Assembly (NCBI GenBank): GCA_003650545.1
Contig: QMQO01000002.1
Location: 16,485-80,484 of the forward strand
DNA from: Candidatus Woesearchaeota archaeon
GTDB taxonomy: Archaea > Nanobdellota > Nanobdellia > Woesearchaeales > B72-G16
Direction: 5' to 3'
DNA length: 64,000 bases
Part shown: one piece after another, positions 20,230-28,834 of the stretch
Numbering within the stretch: position 1 is the first letter of the stretch
Layout: each line of letters begins with the position of its first letter
Made by a program: the position numbers and the translations under genes
Notes under the pieces: model-generated
Told to the model about the DNA's origin: nothing
The model's input: the letters and a program-made list of their open reading frames with translations, nothing else
The model's database searches: none

Positions 20230-20398
20230 GATCCGCCAGGAACTTGAGAGAAGAAACAAGGAAACACGCCAGAAAATCAAGAAGCAACAAGATGAAAAGG
20301 AATTCAGAGAATACCTTGATGATCTTGGCATAGAAAGGATTGATGCTCCTAAAAAGGAGAAAAAATTGACCCACAGCGGTCGGAGGTCCCGAAAATGA
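20213..20398 (+). CDS. hypothetical basic coiled-coil protein
   Basis: Start chosen at MSQADEIRQ, with a gaggagg SD 10 nt upstream. Confidence 0.35.
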   Translation: MSQADEIRQELERRNKETRQKIKKQQDEKEFREYLDDLGIERIDAPKKEKKLTHSGRRSRK

Positions 20399-20874
20399 AA
20401 ATGGAAGTATCTGACAAGGTAGCAGTGCCTCAAAAGAGGCCACACATAAAGAAAGGCTTCTATCACGCCAGACTGGTGGAAGTCAAGCCAAAAAAGACAG
20501 AAAGCAAGTACGGCAAGAAGATCGTGCTGCTCTTCGAGATTCTGAACGATGCCTTCAAGCAGAATGGAAAGTATCTGCAACTGGCAACAGAGGCATATTA
20601 CGAATACAAGCAAGATGATGGCTCGTACAGGACAGCAGTGACTCCAAACTCAAGGATAACTCAGATTTTCCAAGCACTGGGCTGGAAGTTCACAACGCAG
20701 GGCCTTGATACGAATGACTTCATTGGAGCTGAAGCAGAAGTTCTGGTTGATGACTATGAGTATGAATACACAGATCCAAACACGAACAAGACTGAGATAC
20801 TCAAGGCAAGCACTATCAACGATGTGAACAAATGGGAAGATCAGCCAGAGGTAGTTGAAGAGGTTGTCGAGTGA
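20395..20874 (+). CDS. hypothetical protein with acidic C-terminus
   Basis: ATGA overlap with the upstream gene. A ggaggt SD is present. Confidence 0.45.
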   Translation: MKMEVSDKVAVPQKRPHIKKGFYHARLVEVKPKKTESKYGKKIVLLFEILNDAFKQNGKYLQLATEAYYEYKQDDGSYRTAVTPNSRITQIFQALGWKFTTQGLDTNDFIGAEAEVLVDDYEYEYTDPNTNKTEILKASTINDVNKWEDQPEVVEEVVE

Positions 20875-21076
20875 AATGACAAGTGCAGTTGTTGTTACTA
20901 TGCAGTACGATATCCCAGAAAGTGGGGGAAAGACACACATTAAACACGATTTTTTTGTGAGGGGTCTTCCTCACTTTTTCAAATATCGTACTAAGCAGTA
21001 GTAATTATTGATTGAGTTTGAAGGAAAACTGCACTCACATAGCGATAGCTCTCCAAAAAGGAGGTGAACAAACAAA

Positions 21077-23131
21077 ATGGATAGCAAATCATTCCTAACA
21101 ATCCTGAAATACATAGAAGACTCTAAACTACCAAGAGAAGTCATAAGCAAGTTAAGAAGCAAGTGCGTAGACATATCAGGAGAACTTCTGCCATCAACAA
21201 CAGACAGAAACATAAAACGTAATATCAAACTTATCAATGAATTAGAAGAACTGTTCAAATCAGTTGCAGAAAAGCACAACACAGATTTCCCTGACATATT
21301 CTGCTTCTTCAAAGGATACAAAGACTCAGTGATCATACACGAAAGCATAGAGGAAGATAGCAGAGTTCCAGCTGCAATGATTGAATCACTGCAGATAAGA
21401 TGTAAGACAAACAGCGTCATCAAGATATCCGAGAAGTTCAATTATCAACAAATAAAGGTCATTACAAGAAGAATATTTGATGCTCATCCTAACTCACCTC
21501 TTGTCTTTCCGATAACAAAATACCATCACATAGAAGGAAAAGTCATCGGAGAAATAGAACAAAGAAAGATCAAGATACCTGTTGCGTGGAAAGTAGAAAT
21601 AAGCACCAAAGAAGACAAAACATACGTGCCTTACTTATTTGGAGAGAAGATACCTAAAAGAACAAAGATTGTCGATGAAGTAAGCGGAGAATTCTATCTT
21701 TACAGGTTCTTATCAAAAGAAAGAAAGGAGTATGCTCTGATCAGTACGGACAGGCTGAAGCTTGACGATTATTCCATTGACGGCATTAGCATAGAAGTTG
21801 AAGATTTCAAGATCATAGGAGATGCTTATAGGCTCATAAACAAGTTCACTGTTTTCTTTGTTCACACAGCAAAAAGCCACATCTGTCAATTGCAAAATCA
21901 TAAACAGTTGTTTGAACATGCAGATAAACTCAAACTTACAGGAAATAGGCTCTACCAATACTTAAGCAGTTACAGAAAGAACGGTTCAATACAAGTTTTG
22001 GAGCATCCTAAATGGTTCTTGAAATTAACTTCCGCTTTTCTCTTCCACAAAAAGAAAGGGGACACTGCTGAATACCCTATGCACATTCTTTGGATCTCTG
22101 AAAGAGGTGCTGGTAAAACCACTTTTATGGAATCTCTTCACCAAAAAAGCGGTGAGACTCAAGAAATAATCGCTGGGAGTGCCTCAACAATAAAATATCT
22201 CATCCCGAGTTTCAAAGAAACTAACAGGCCAGACATGGGTGCTCTTGCAAAAGCATCAAGACTTTGCATAATAGACGAGTTCTTCAGGATTCTTCGAACA
22301 AGCCACAAAGAAAGAGAAGATGAAAGCGGTCGGATGAATGACTTGCTTGAACACAAAGACAGGCAAGCAGGAAGCGGCCAAGGGAAAGTAAGAACCAGCA
22401 TGACTGCAAGGCTTTTTGCAGGAACAAATCCTATCGCAGGAACTAACAATATTGTGAATCTTGTTGAAAAATTCGATGACTCCTTCCTTAGCAGGTTCTT
22501 GATATATTATCAAACAGACGATCACGTAAAACTTGTCCATCAAAAGAAAAAAGAAGCTAAGGTTTACACAACTGAGTGGATAGAGGTTAATGATTTTCTG
22601 AGCATCCAAGATTATCTCCAAAGTTTTGATGCGAAATACAATCGGGAAAGGCTTGTCAAAATCTTTGACAAATTTTTGATTTTCTTCAATGAAGAGGTCA
22701 AGGGAATTTATGAGGCAAGATATCTTCATCATCTTGAATGCCTTATTGATGGCATCATAAAAACAAGATGCTTGATAACGAGAGATCCTTCATTCAAGGC
22801 AAAAGAAGAGGATTATCAAGAAGCGGAATACATTTGGGCAATAATAATCAAGGGATGGTTCAGGCAAAACCTTGATGACATTCTTCGTGATCTAAGCATC
22901 CCGATAGAGTCAAGAGCAAGATTCTTGCCGGAAAACGCTGTTTATCTTTTGGAAAAACTTGCTTCTCTTGGCTACAAAGCCAAGCTTGGCGATTTGAGGG
23001 ATAAATGCAGGGGTGAACTTCACGCTCCAAGCATCGCTTTCTATCTTTCCTTGTTGAAGGAAGGAGCGTTTGTCATAGAACGGGATGGATATCTCTATCA
23101 TCATGAATGGGAGGCGATAGAAAGAAAATGA
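21077..23131 (+). CDS. replicative P-loop NTPase, SF3-helicase-like
   Basis: Walker A WISERGAGKTTFMESL, Walker B LCIIDEFFRI, and a downstream FAGTNP sensor-like Asn. Strong aaaggaggtga SD. Preceded by a T-rich hairpin. Confidence 0.55.
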   Translation: MDSKSFLTILKYIEDSKLPREVISKLRSKCVDISGELLPSTTDRNIKRNIKLINELEELFKSVAEKHNTDFPDIFCFFKGYKDSVIIHESIEEDSRVPAAMIESLQIRCKTNSVIKISEKFNYQQIKVITRRIFDAHPNSPLVFPITKYHHIEGKVIGEIEQRKIKIPVAWKVEISTKEDKTYVPYLFGEKIPKRTKIVDEVSGEFYLYRFLSKERKEYALISTDRLKLDDYSIDGISIEVEDFKIIGDAYRLINKFTVFFVHTAKSHICQLQNHKQLFEHADKLKLTGNRLYQYLSSYRKNGSIQVLEHPKWFLKLTSAFLFHKKKGDTAEYPMHILWISERGAGKTTFMESLHQKSGETQEIIAGSASTIKYLIPSFKETNRPDMGALAKASRLCIIDEFFRILRTSHKEREDESGRMNDLLEHKDRQAGSGQGKVRTSMTARLFAGTNPIAGTNNIVNLVEKFDDSFLSRFLIYYQTDDHVKLVHQKKKEAKVYTTEWIEVNDFLSIQDYLQSFDAKYNRERLVKIFDKFLIFFNEEVKGIYEARYLHHLECLIDGIIKTRCLITRDPSFKAKEEDYQEAEYIWAIIIKGWFRQNLDDILRDLSIPIESRARFLPENAVYLLEKLASLGYKAKLGDLRDKCRGELHAPSIAFYLSLLKEGAFVIERDGYLYHHEWEAIERK

Positions 23132-24246
23132 GGCTTTGCTGCACTCAACAGGAAGAGGACTTTTGGCTTGGCGAGCCACTCTATGAAGAAGACAAATCAG
23201 TAGGCTTTCATAGAATGTGGTTCCTGGAAGTTCTTGCCAGGAAGACTGATTTCAAGATAAGCCTTCAAAGCAAAGAAGGATATTACACTAAAAGAATACA
23301 CTGGTCTGATTTCCACTATGAGAAAAAACTCAGAGCATACATAATACACAGAGAATTGTTATCAAATGAAATAGTGCTTGATTTTGATGCTCCAACTTAC
23401 GAAAAGAACGTGAGCAACTTCAAGGACATTTATCCTTTTCTTAAAAGAAAGGGGTTTGTTCCTTACATCTACTTTTCAGGAAACAAAGGATTGCATGTCC
23501 ACTTCTATCTAACCTTTAAGCCCTTAGTCAAAGAACTTGAAATGAAAATTCAGGAAGACATAGTGAACCATTTCAGAAAAGCAGCAACATTTGAGAAGAT
23601 GTTCACAAGATTCATCGCAAAGAAGCTTGAATGGTTATACACTCATTTTTCAATTGATGGGAATCTCAATCATACAAACCATCTCATAAGGTCAGAAGGA
23701 AGTCTTAACAAATTAGGCTTCAAGACTTTTTTAGGCCATACTCCTGAAGACATACCTATCATTGCTCCTATTTACAACATAGAAAACAAGTCTTATCCGA
23801 AGTTTCCTTTTCATGATTACACAAACTCTCTGGATGACATAAAATATTCAGCCTTAACTGACCTTGTCAAACTATGCAAGGAATTTGTTAAGGTAAAAAA
23901 GATTGGTAAGAAAGAGCCAAAATACTTATCTCTTAAGGATTTCTTCCAGAAACCGAGAGTTAATTCCGAGAAGCCGTGCATAAAGTTTCTGGAGAGCCAA
24001 GAGTTTGGAAATATAGGTGAGGGAAGAAAAAGGGCTTTGTTCGTTCTTGCTTCTCATTACAATGATGATCCTCAACAAGTTGCCAAACTCAAAGAATGGA
24101 ATGAGGTAGTTCTCAATAATCATCTTTCAAGTTTTGAGATAGAAAGTTCTGCAAAGAGCACGACAGGAAAAGTAGGTTGCAGGTACATTAAGGAACTTCT
24201 CGGTTCAATAGGTTATGGTCACATATGCAAGGGGTGTTCAAAATGA
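23128..24246 (+). CDS. primase-polymerase (archaeo-eukaryotic primase superfamily) with C-terminal Cys cluster
   Basis: AEP motif I VLDFDAP (DxD) and motif II YFSGNKGLHVHFY (sG.G.H). C-terminus GKVGCRYIKELLGSIGYGHICKGCSK. ATGA-coupled to the helicase. Confidence 0.6.
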   Translation: MRLCCTQQEEDFWLGEPLYEEDKSVGFHRMWFLEVLARKTDFKISLQSKEGYYTKRIHWSDFHYEKKLRAYIIHRELLSNEIVLDFDAPTYEKNVSNFKDIYPFLKRKGFVPYIYFSGNKGLHVHFYLTFKPLVKELEMKIQEDIVNHFRKAATFEKMFTRFIAKKLEWLYTHFSIDGNLNHTNHLIRSEGSLNKLGFKTFLGHTPEDIPIIAPIYNIENKSYPKFPFHDYTNSLDDIKYSALTDLVKLCKEFVKVKKIGKKEPKYLSLKDFFQKPRVNSEKPCIKFLESQEFGNIGEGRKRALFVLASHYNDDPQQVAKLKEWNEVVLNNHLSSFEIESSAKSTTGKVGCRYIKELLGSIGYGHICKGCSK

Positions 24247-24482
24247 AAAAAGAGCCAAAAAATGCGGAAGGGTCGCAAAGGACCTTGGTCAACTTGTATG
24301 ACAAGAGAAACTCTTCAAAGCAACTCAAGACAGTAATTTTCACAAAGCACGTTCCTAAATTCGTTGACCTTGACCTTAAGACTATTGGACCTTTCAAGCC
24401 TGGAGACATTCTCAGAACTCATATTGACATTGCTAATCTGCTTATTTTGAAAGGCAGAGCAAAGGAGTTCGATATAGATTGA
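24243..24482 (+). CDS. hypothetical protein
   Basis: ATGA-coupled to the PrimPol gene. Confidence 0.35.
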   Translation: MKKEPKNAEGSQRTLVNLYDKRNSSKQLKTVIFTKHVPKFVDLDLKTIGPFKPGDILRTHIDIANLLILKGRAKEFDID

Positions 24483-24498
24483 CGGGAGGTGATTCAAG

Positions 24499-24665
24499 TG
24501 GGTGAAATAGAAAACATCAGGAAAAGAATCCTTGCGGACATAGCCGCAATGAAACAAGACAACAATTCCTGGAAAAGGCAAATCCAGGAGAATGAGAGAA
24601 AAATAGCGGAACTTGAGCAAGCAGCTGAAGTTCTAGGAAAGATAAGCGGAGGTGCTGAACAATGA
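24499..24665 (+). CDS. hypothetical small coiled-coil protein (GTG start)
   Basis: A ggaggtga SD lies 5 nt before the GTG. Translation VGEIENIRKRILADIAAMKQ. Confidence 0.3.
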
Positions 24666-24820
24666 AACCGCTAAAGAGAAGGTACGTCTATGAAGAAAAC
24701 TTTGAAGAAATAATGGCGTGGGCTCATTCAAGAGGCATAAGAGCTCCAAACAGGAAGGATAACTTCCCTTATTTTCTCGATGCCTACTTGAAAGAACTGA
24801 AAGGAGAATCAACACAATGA
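24662..24820 (+). CDS. hypothetical small protein
   Basis: ATGA overlap. Translation MKPLKRRYVYEENFEEIMAWAHSRG. Confidence 0.3.
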   Translation: MKPLKRRYVYEENFEEIMAWAHSRGIRAPNRKDNFPYFLDAYLKELKGESTQ

Positions 24821-24841
24821 ACTTGTTGGAGGTAGAACAAT

Positions 24842-25789
24842 ATGTGGAAAGGGTATGAAGCACTGCCAAGTTATTTTGGCGGAAAAAGAAAATTAGCCAG
24901 GAGAATACTCAGCTATGCAGAAGGAAAAGTTTTCATCGATGCGTTTTTAGGAGGTGGCAGCGTTTCCTTATTGGCAAAAGCAAAAGGCTTCAAAGTAATA
25001 TGCAATGACATTGCTGAGAGGTCACGAATTGTTGGAAAGGCCATTATAGAAAACAAGAACAAGAAATTAACTGATTATGACATTTACTCATTGTTTAAGG
25101 AAACTGATAATAATTTCATACGAGATAATTTTCCGAACCTGGCTCTTGAAAAAGACGTGAAGTTTCTTGACAACGCTTTTGCTAATGCCAAGACAGACCT
25201 TCAGAAACTACTGCTCATCAAGTTTCTCTTCAAATATAAACCATTTAGCATGTTGTCAAACAAAGTTCCTAAGGACTTGTCAAACTGCAATTTAAAGGTC
25301 ATAAAGCCGCACTTGAAATATATGTTTAAGCCGATAAGAACCTTGAAAAGAATAAAGGAACAAATTAATTATGGAATATTTGATAATGGCCAAGACAATG
25401 AGTTTCATCAAAAGGATGTTTTTGAATTCTTGAGAAACGTAAAGGGAGATACTATTTATTTTGATCCTCCTTACGCTGGCAGTCAGAGTTATGAGGAGTT
25501 CTACAATATACTTGATAGCATTCTGATGCAGAAGAAGATACCTGTTAAGAAAAGCAAGTTTAACTCTGCTGAAGCAGAAAAGTTTCTTCACAGGTTGCTT
25601 GACGAATCTATGCACATTAAGAAAGTAATATTCAGCTTTGGCGGCCCTAAGATTGACGGGCAGCAATTGTTGAAAATAGTGCAGGAGCATCGCCCTGCTG
25701 AACTGTATGAGATTAAGCATAAATGGTCTATCACGGCCAGCAAGGAGCAGATGCAAACTGCAACAGAAATATTGGTGGTGACAAAATGA
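24842..25789 (+). CDS. Dam-family (alpha-class, D12) DNA N6-adenine methyltransferase, orphan
   Basis: N-terminal YFGGKRKLARRI...DAFLGGGSVSL (Dam motifs X and I) followed by IYFDPPYAG (motif IV). No cognate endonuclease adjacent. Confidence 0.8.
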   Translation: MWKGYEALPSYFGGKRKLARRILSYAEGKVFIDAFLGGGSVSLLAKAKGFKVICNDIAERSRIVGKAIIENKNKKLTDYDIYSLFKETDNNFIRDNFPNLALEKDVKFLDNAFANAKTDLQKLLLIKFLFKYKPFSMLSNKVPKDLSNCNLKVIKPHLKYMFKPIRTLKRIKEQINYGIFDNGQDNEFHQKDVFEFLRNVKGDTIYFDPPYAGSQSYEEFYNILDSILMQKKIPVKKSKFNSAEAEKFLHRLLDESMHIKKVIFSFGGPKIDGQQLLKIVQEHRPAELYEIKHKWSITASKEQMQTATEILVVTK

Positions 25790-26451
25790 AAACTGAAAAA
25801 ATACCAATGGAGTTAATCGAAGAAAACAACTACAATCCAAATGAGATGGATGAGAACAAGTTCAAGAAACTTGTCTTGAACATAAAACGCAAGGGTTTCA
25901 GGAAGCCTATTGAAGTGAGGAAAGTAGGGGAGAAGTACGTTATAATTGACGGAGCTCATAGATTCAGGGCTTGTAAGGAATTAGGTTACACCGAAATTGA
26001 TTGCATAGTTGATGATGTTGATGAAACTGAGGCCATGATTGACACCCTCAACGCAAACATTCATGGCACCCATAATCCTTACAAGGAGGCGCAAATATTC
26101 AAGCAGATTCACGAGAGGTACACTCTCAGGGATATTGAGAAGTTGACTATTTTTAATCAGTCTGAGATTAAGGACAGGCTTGAGTTGCTTAGTCTTTCTC
26201 CTGCAATACAGAAAGAGATTGAGAAAAGGGAGAAGGCTGAAGCGAGGGAGGCGCCAGTAGTTCTTACTTTTATGATTAAGGAAGCCGAGAAAGAGATTGT
26301 AATGAAAGCTCTTGATCTTTGCGAGAACTCTTCAGACAAGAACAAGGCCCTGGTAGAGTTATGCCAGAAATCGCTTAATTTTATGGAGGTGAAAAACGTT
26401 GGAGAAGAAAGCGAGCAGTCAAACGAGCAGTCAACATCCAAAACTGCGTAA
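25786..26451 (+). CDS. ParB/Srx-like nuclease domain protein
   Basis: KPIEVRKVGEKYVIIDGAHRFRACKELGYTEIDCIV. ATGA-coupled to the methyltransferase. Confidence 0.6.
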   Translation: MKTEKIPMELIEENNYNPNEMDENKFKKLVLNIKRKGFRKPIEVRKVGEKYVIIDGAHRFRACKELGYTEIDCIVDDVDETEAMIDTLNANIHGTHNPYKEAQIFKQIHERYTLRDIEKLTIFNQSEIKDRLELLSLSPAIQKEIEKREKAEAREAPVVLTFMIKEAEKEIVMKALDLCENSSDKNKALVELCQKSLNFMEVKNVGEESEQSNEQSTSKTA

Positions 26452-26508
26452 CTTTAAGGGAAACATTCACACATTAACGGAAGAGGACAGGAGGAAGGCA
26501 GGGAAAAC

Positions 26509-26992
26509 TATGACGCCAAAAAGAAGGCTTGCTAACACGCTTAATCCTATGAAGACTGGCAGGTACTCCAAAAGAGTTCCTCACTGCCATACTTGTGTCT
26601 TCAAAAACAGATGCAGTGCCTATGATCCTAAAGACCCAAAAGCAGCATGCAAAGTAATTGATATTCCTAACTATTTTCATCTTATGAGTGCCTTGACTTT
26701 TCGCACAGAAGAAGATTTTGATGATTTTGTGAACAAACTCACTCAAAGATTGTATCTGAAGAATATGACCAGTGATGACTGGGACAAAATGAAAGACTTC
26801 TTGTTGATATTTCTAAGGGTCAAAGACTCAAAATTCAGGAATCCCAGAGAACAAACAGTCAACATCCAGATCAATAATTTTCATGAGGAGTTCAACTTGT
26901 TCAAAGATGTCACTTTGAAAGTGCTGAGAAAACATCCTGAAGTTATGAAGGAATGGAGGAATGCTCTTGATGCTGCCAAACAATCCGATTGA
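26509..26992 (+). CDS. hypothetical protein, positional candidate for terminase small subunit
   Basis: Position immediately upstream of TerL. Basic N-terminus. No motif support. Confidence 0.3.
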
Positions 26993-28436
26993 AACAGCGC
27001 TCTTTGAAAGTTTTAAAGAGCCGACTTATGAGAACTTCATAGGATTTGTGAAGAGGTATCTCGCTCCTTATATGGAACAAGAATTTGTGGAAGAAGACTA
27101 TTACAAGGAGTGGTTTGAACTTGAGCAAAAATACCAATACAATGCGATTGAAGCGCCAAGGGGACATAGCAAGAGTGAAAACTTCACAGTTTGGTTTACT
27201 ATTTATTATGCTGTTTATGATCTCAAACACGAACAAATAATCTCATCTGTAAGCGGAGATCAGACAAATGAATTATTTGACAGGATTAAATATTTCTTCT
27301 ATGTAAGTCCTTATCTTAATAGGAATTTTAAGCCAGAAGGAGCTGACAAGAATGTCAGTTTAAGTTCCTGGAACTCAAAAAAGATCGTTCTCAAGAATGA
27401 TGCTGTAATTCATGCGAGAAGTATTGCTGGCAAGTGGAGAGGTCTTCACGTTGACAGGATTGTTTGTGATGACATCATTACAGAAGACAGCACGTTAAGC
27501 GATAAGCAAACCATTAACAAGTTTTATTCAGCCGTGTTTAATTGCTCAACCGCAAAGAAAGGAAGCATAACTGTAATTGGGACTCCCTTGCGTTATTCAG
27601 ACATACTTTTTGATCTTAAGGCCAATAAGCAATTTAATTTCAAGGTTTACCCTGCTATTCTTAACTTTGAGGAGAGAAAGGTATTATCTCCTAAAAGAAA
27701 ATCTTTTGATGAATTGATGAGGATCAAAGAAACCATAGGTTCTTTGAGGTTTCAGTGCGAGTTCATGCTTAATCCTATCGATGATCACAGTTCTATCTTC
27801 AAGAGGGCTTGGCTGAGAAGGGCAAGAAATGAGAGCATAGAACTGATTAGGAACAGAAGGGAACTTCAACAGTACGGTTTTGAAGTCACGTCTATTATGT
27901 GCGGTGCTGATTTCGCTTTCTCTGAAAGGAAAAGCGCAAACTATTCAGTGTTTTTGACATTAGCAAGACTGACTGATGGCAGACTCTTGCTTTGTGATTT
28001 TTTCAGGAAAAAAGGAATGACTGGCCAGCAACAGATTGACAAGTTAAGAGAACTTCATTCAGCATATGATTATGATGTTATGGCATTGGAAGAAAACAGC
28101 ATTATGGCAATAAGCAGGGATATCAAGAACATTGGCTTGCCCATAAAGACCCTTAGGACAGGAACAAGGGACACAGACGTTTCAATCTCAAAAACAAATG
28201 CGATCTTAAGGATGACCACGTGGTTTGAGAATAATCAAGTTGTCATACCTTATGCGAGTGAAGAAGCTAAAGAAAAGTACGAACTTCTTGAGCAAGAGTT
28301 CCTGAGTTTTGCTCTTGAGGATGGGAAGATTACAGAAATAGGAGTTCATCCAGACATTCCAATAGCTTTTGTTTATGCAGCTGAAGCTGTGAAAAGAACA
28401 ACCCCCACAGGTTTTGTCACAAGCATAGTCAGATAA
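26961..28436 (+). CDS. terL: terminase large subunit
   Basis: Walker A-like IEAPRGHSKSENFTVW, Walker B-like LHVDRIVCDDII, and a C-terminal nuclease-type region. Length 491 aa. Confidence 0.75.
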   Translation: MLLMLPNNPIETALFESFKEPTYENFIGFVKRYLAPYMEQEFVEEDYYKEWFELEQKYQYNAIEAPRGHSKSENFTVWFTIYYAVYDLKHEQIISSVSGDQTNELFDRIKYFFYVSPYLNRNFKPEGADKNVSLSSWNSKKIVLKNDAVIHARSIAGKWRGLHVDRIVCDDIITEDSTLSDKQTINKFYSAVFNCSTAKKGSITVIGTPLRYSDILFDLKANKQFNFKVYPAILNFEERKVLSPKRKSFDELMRIKETIGSLRFQCEFMLNPIDDHSSIFKRAWLRRARNESIELIRNRRELQQYGFEVTSIMCGADFAFSERKSANYSVFLTLARLTDGRLLLCDFFRKKGMTGQQQIDKLRELHSAYDYDVMALEENSIMAISRDIKNIGLPIKTLRTGTRDTDVSISKTNAILRMTTWFENNQVVIPYASEEAKEKYELLEQEFLSFALEDGKITEIGVHPDIPIAFVYAAEAVKRTTPTGFVTSIVR

Positions 28437-28459
28437 AAAAAAGGAGGTAAGGAAACAAG

Positions 28460-28834
28460 ATGTTTGAACCAGATAAACTATCCAAGCGAGACAAGAGAAT
28501 ACTGAAAGCCCTGTTGTACTTTTATCCCAGGAAGAAAAGCGCTGCTCAAATCCACAATTACATCTCAAAATATTGGCAGAAGAGCGGCATAAGGAATGCG
28601 AAAGCATTAGGACATATTTTGATGAGGTTTCCTGTTGATTCTGAATTAACAGTGATCAGTTCAGTGACTAAAACTGGGATAATAAACAGCAGATATTTGA
28701 GGATTTATGTTCTCAAAAAGAACTTCGTGAAGAAATATTATAAAGAAAAAAATGACCTGATAAAATTGGGAAATAAGAAGTCACGACGCAGTTCAAAGGC
28801 TAAAAAAGATGGAAGAACAAAAAGAAAAAAGTAA
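28460..28834 (+). CDS. hypothetical basic protein
   Basis: aaaggaggtaagg SD. Lys/Arg-rich C-terminal tail. Confidence 0.4.
   Translation: MFEPDKLSKRDKRILKALLYFYPRKKSAAQIHNYISKYWQKSGIRNAKALGHILMRFPVDSELTVISSVTKTGIINSRYLRIYVLKKNFVKKYYKEKNDLIKLGNKKSRRSSKAKKDGRTKRKK

Noticed and set aside
26399-26992. Longer 197-aa version of the gene upstream of TerL
   Set aside because: The upstream extension begins with a TTG and overlaps the ParB-like gene in another frame. The ATG at 26509 with an upstream aggagg is the more plausible start.
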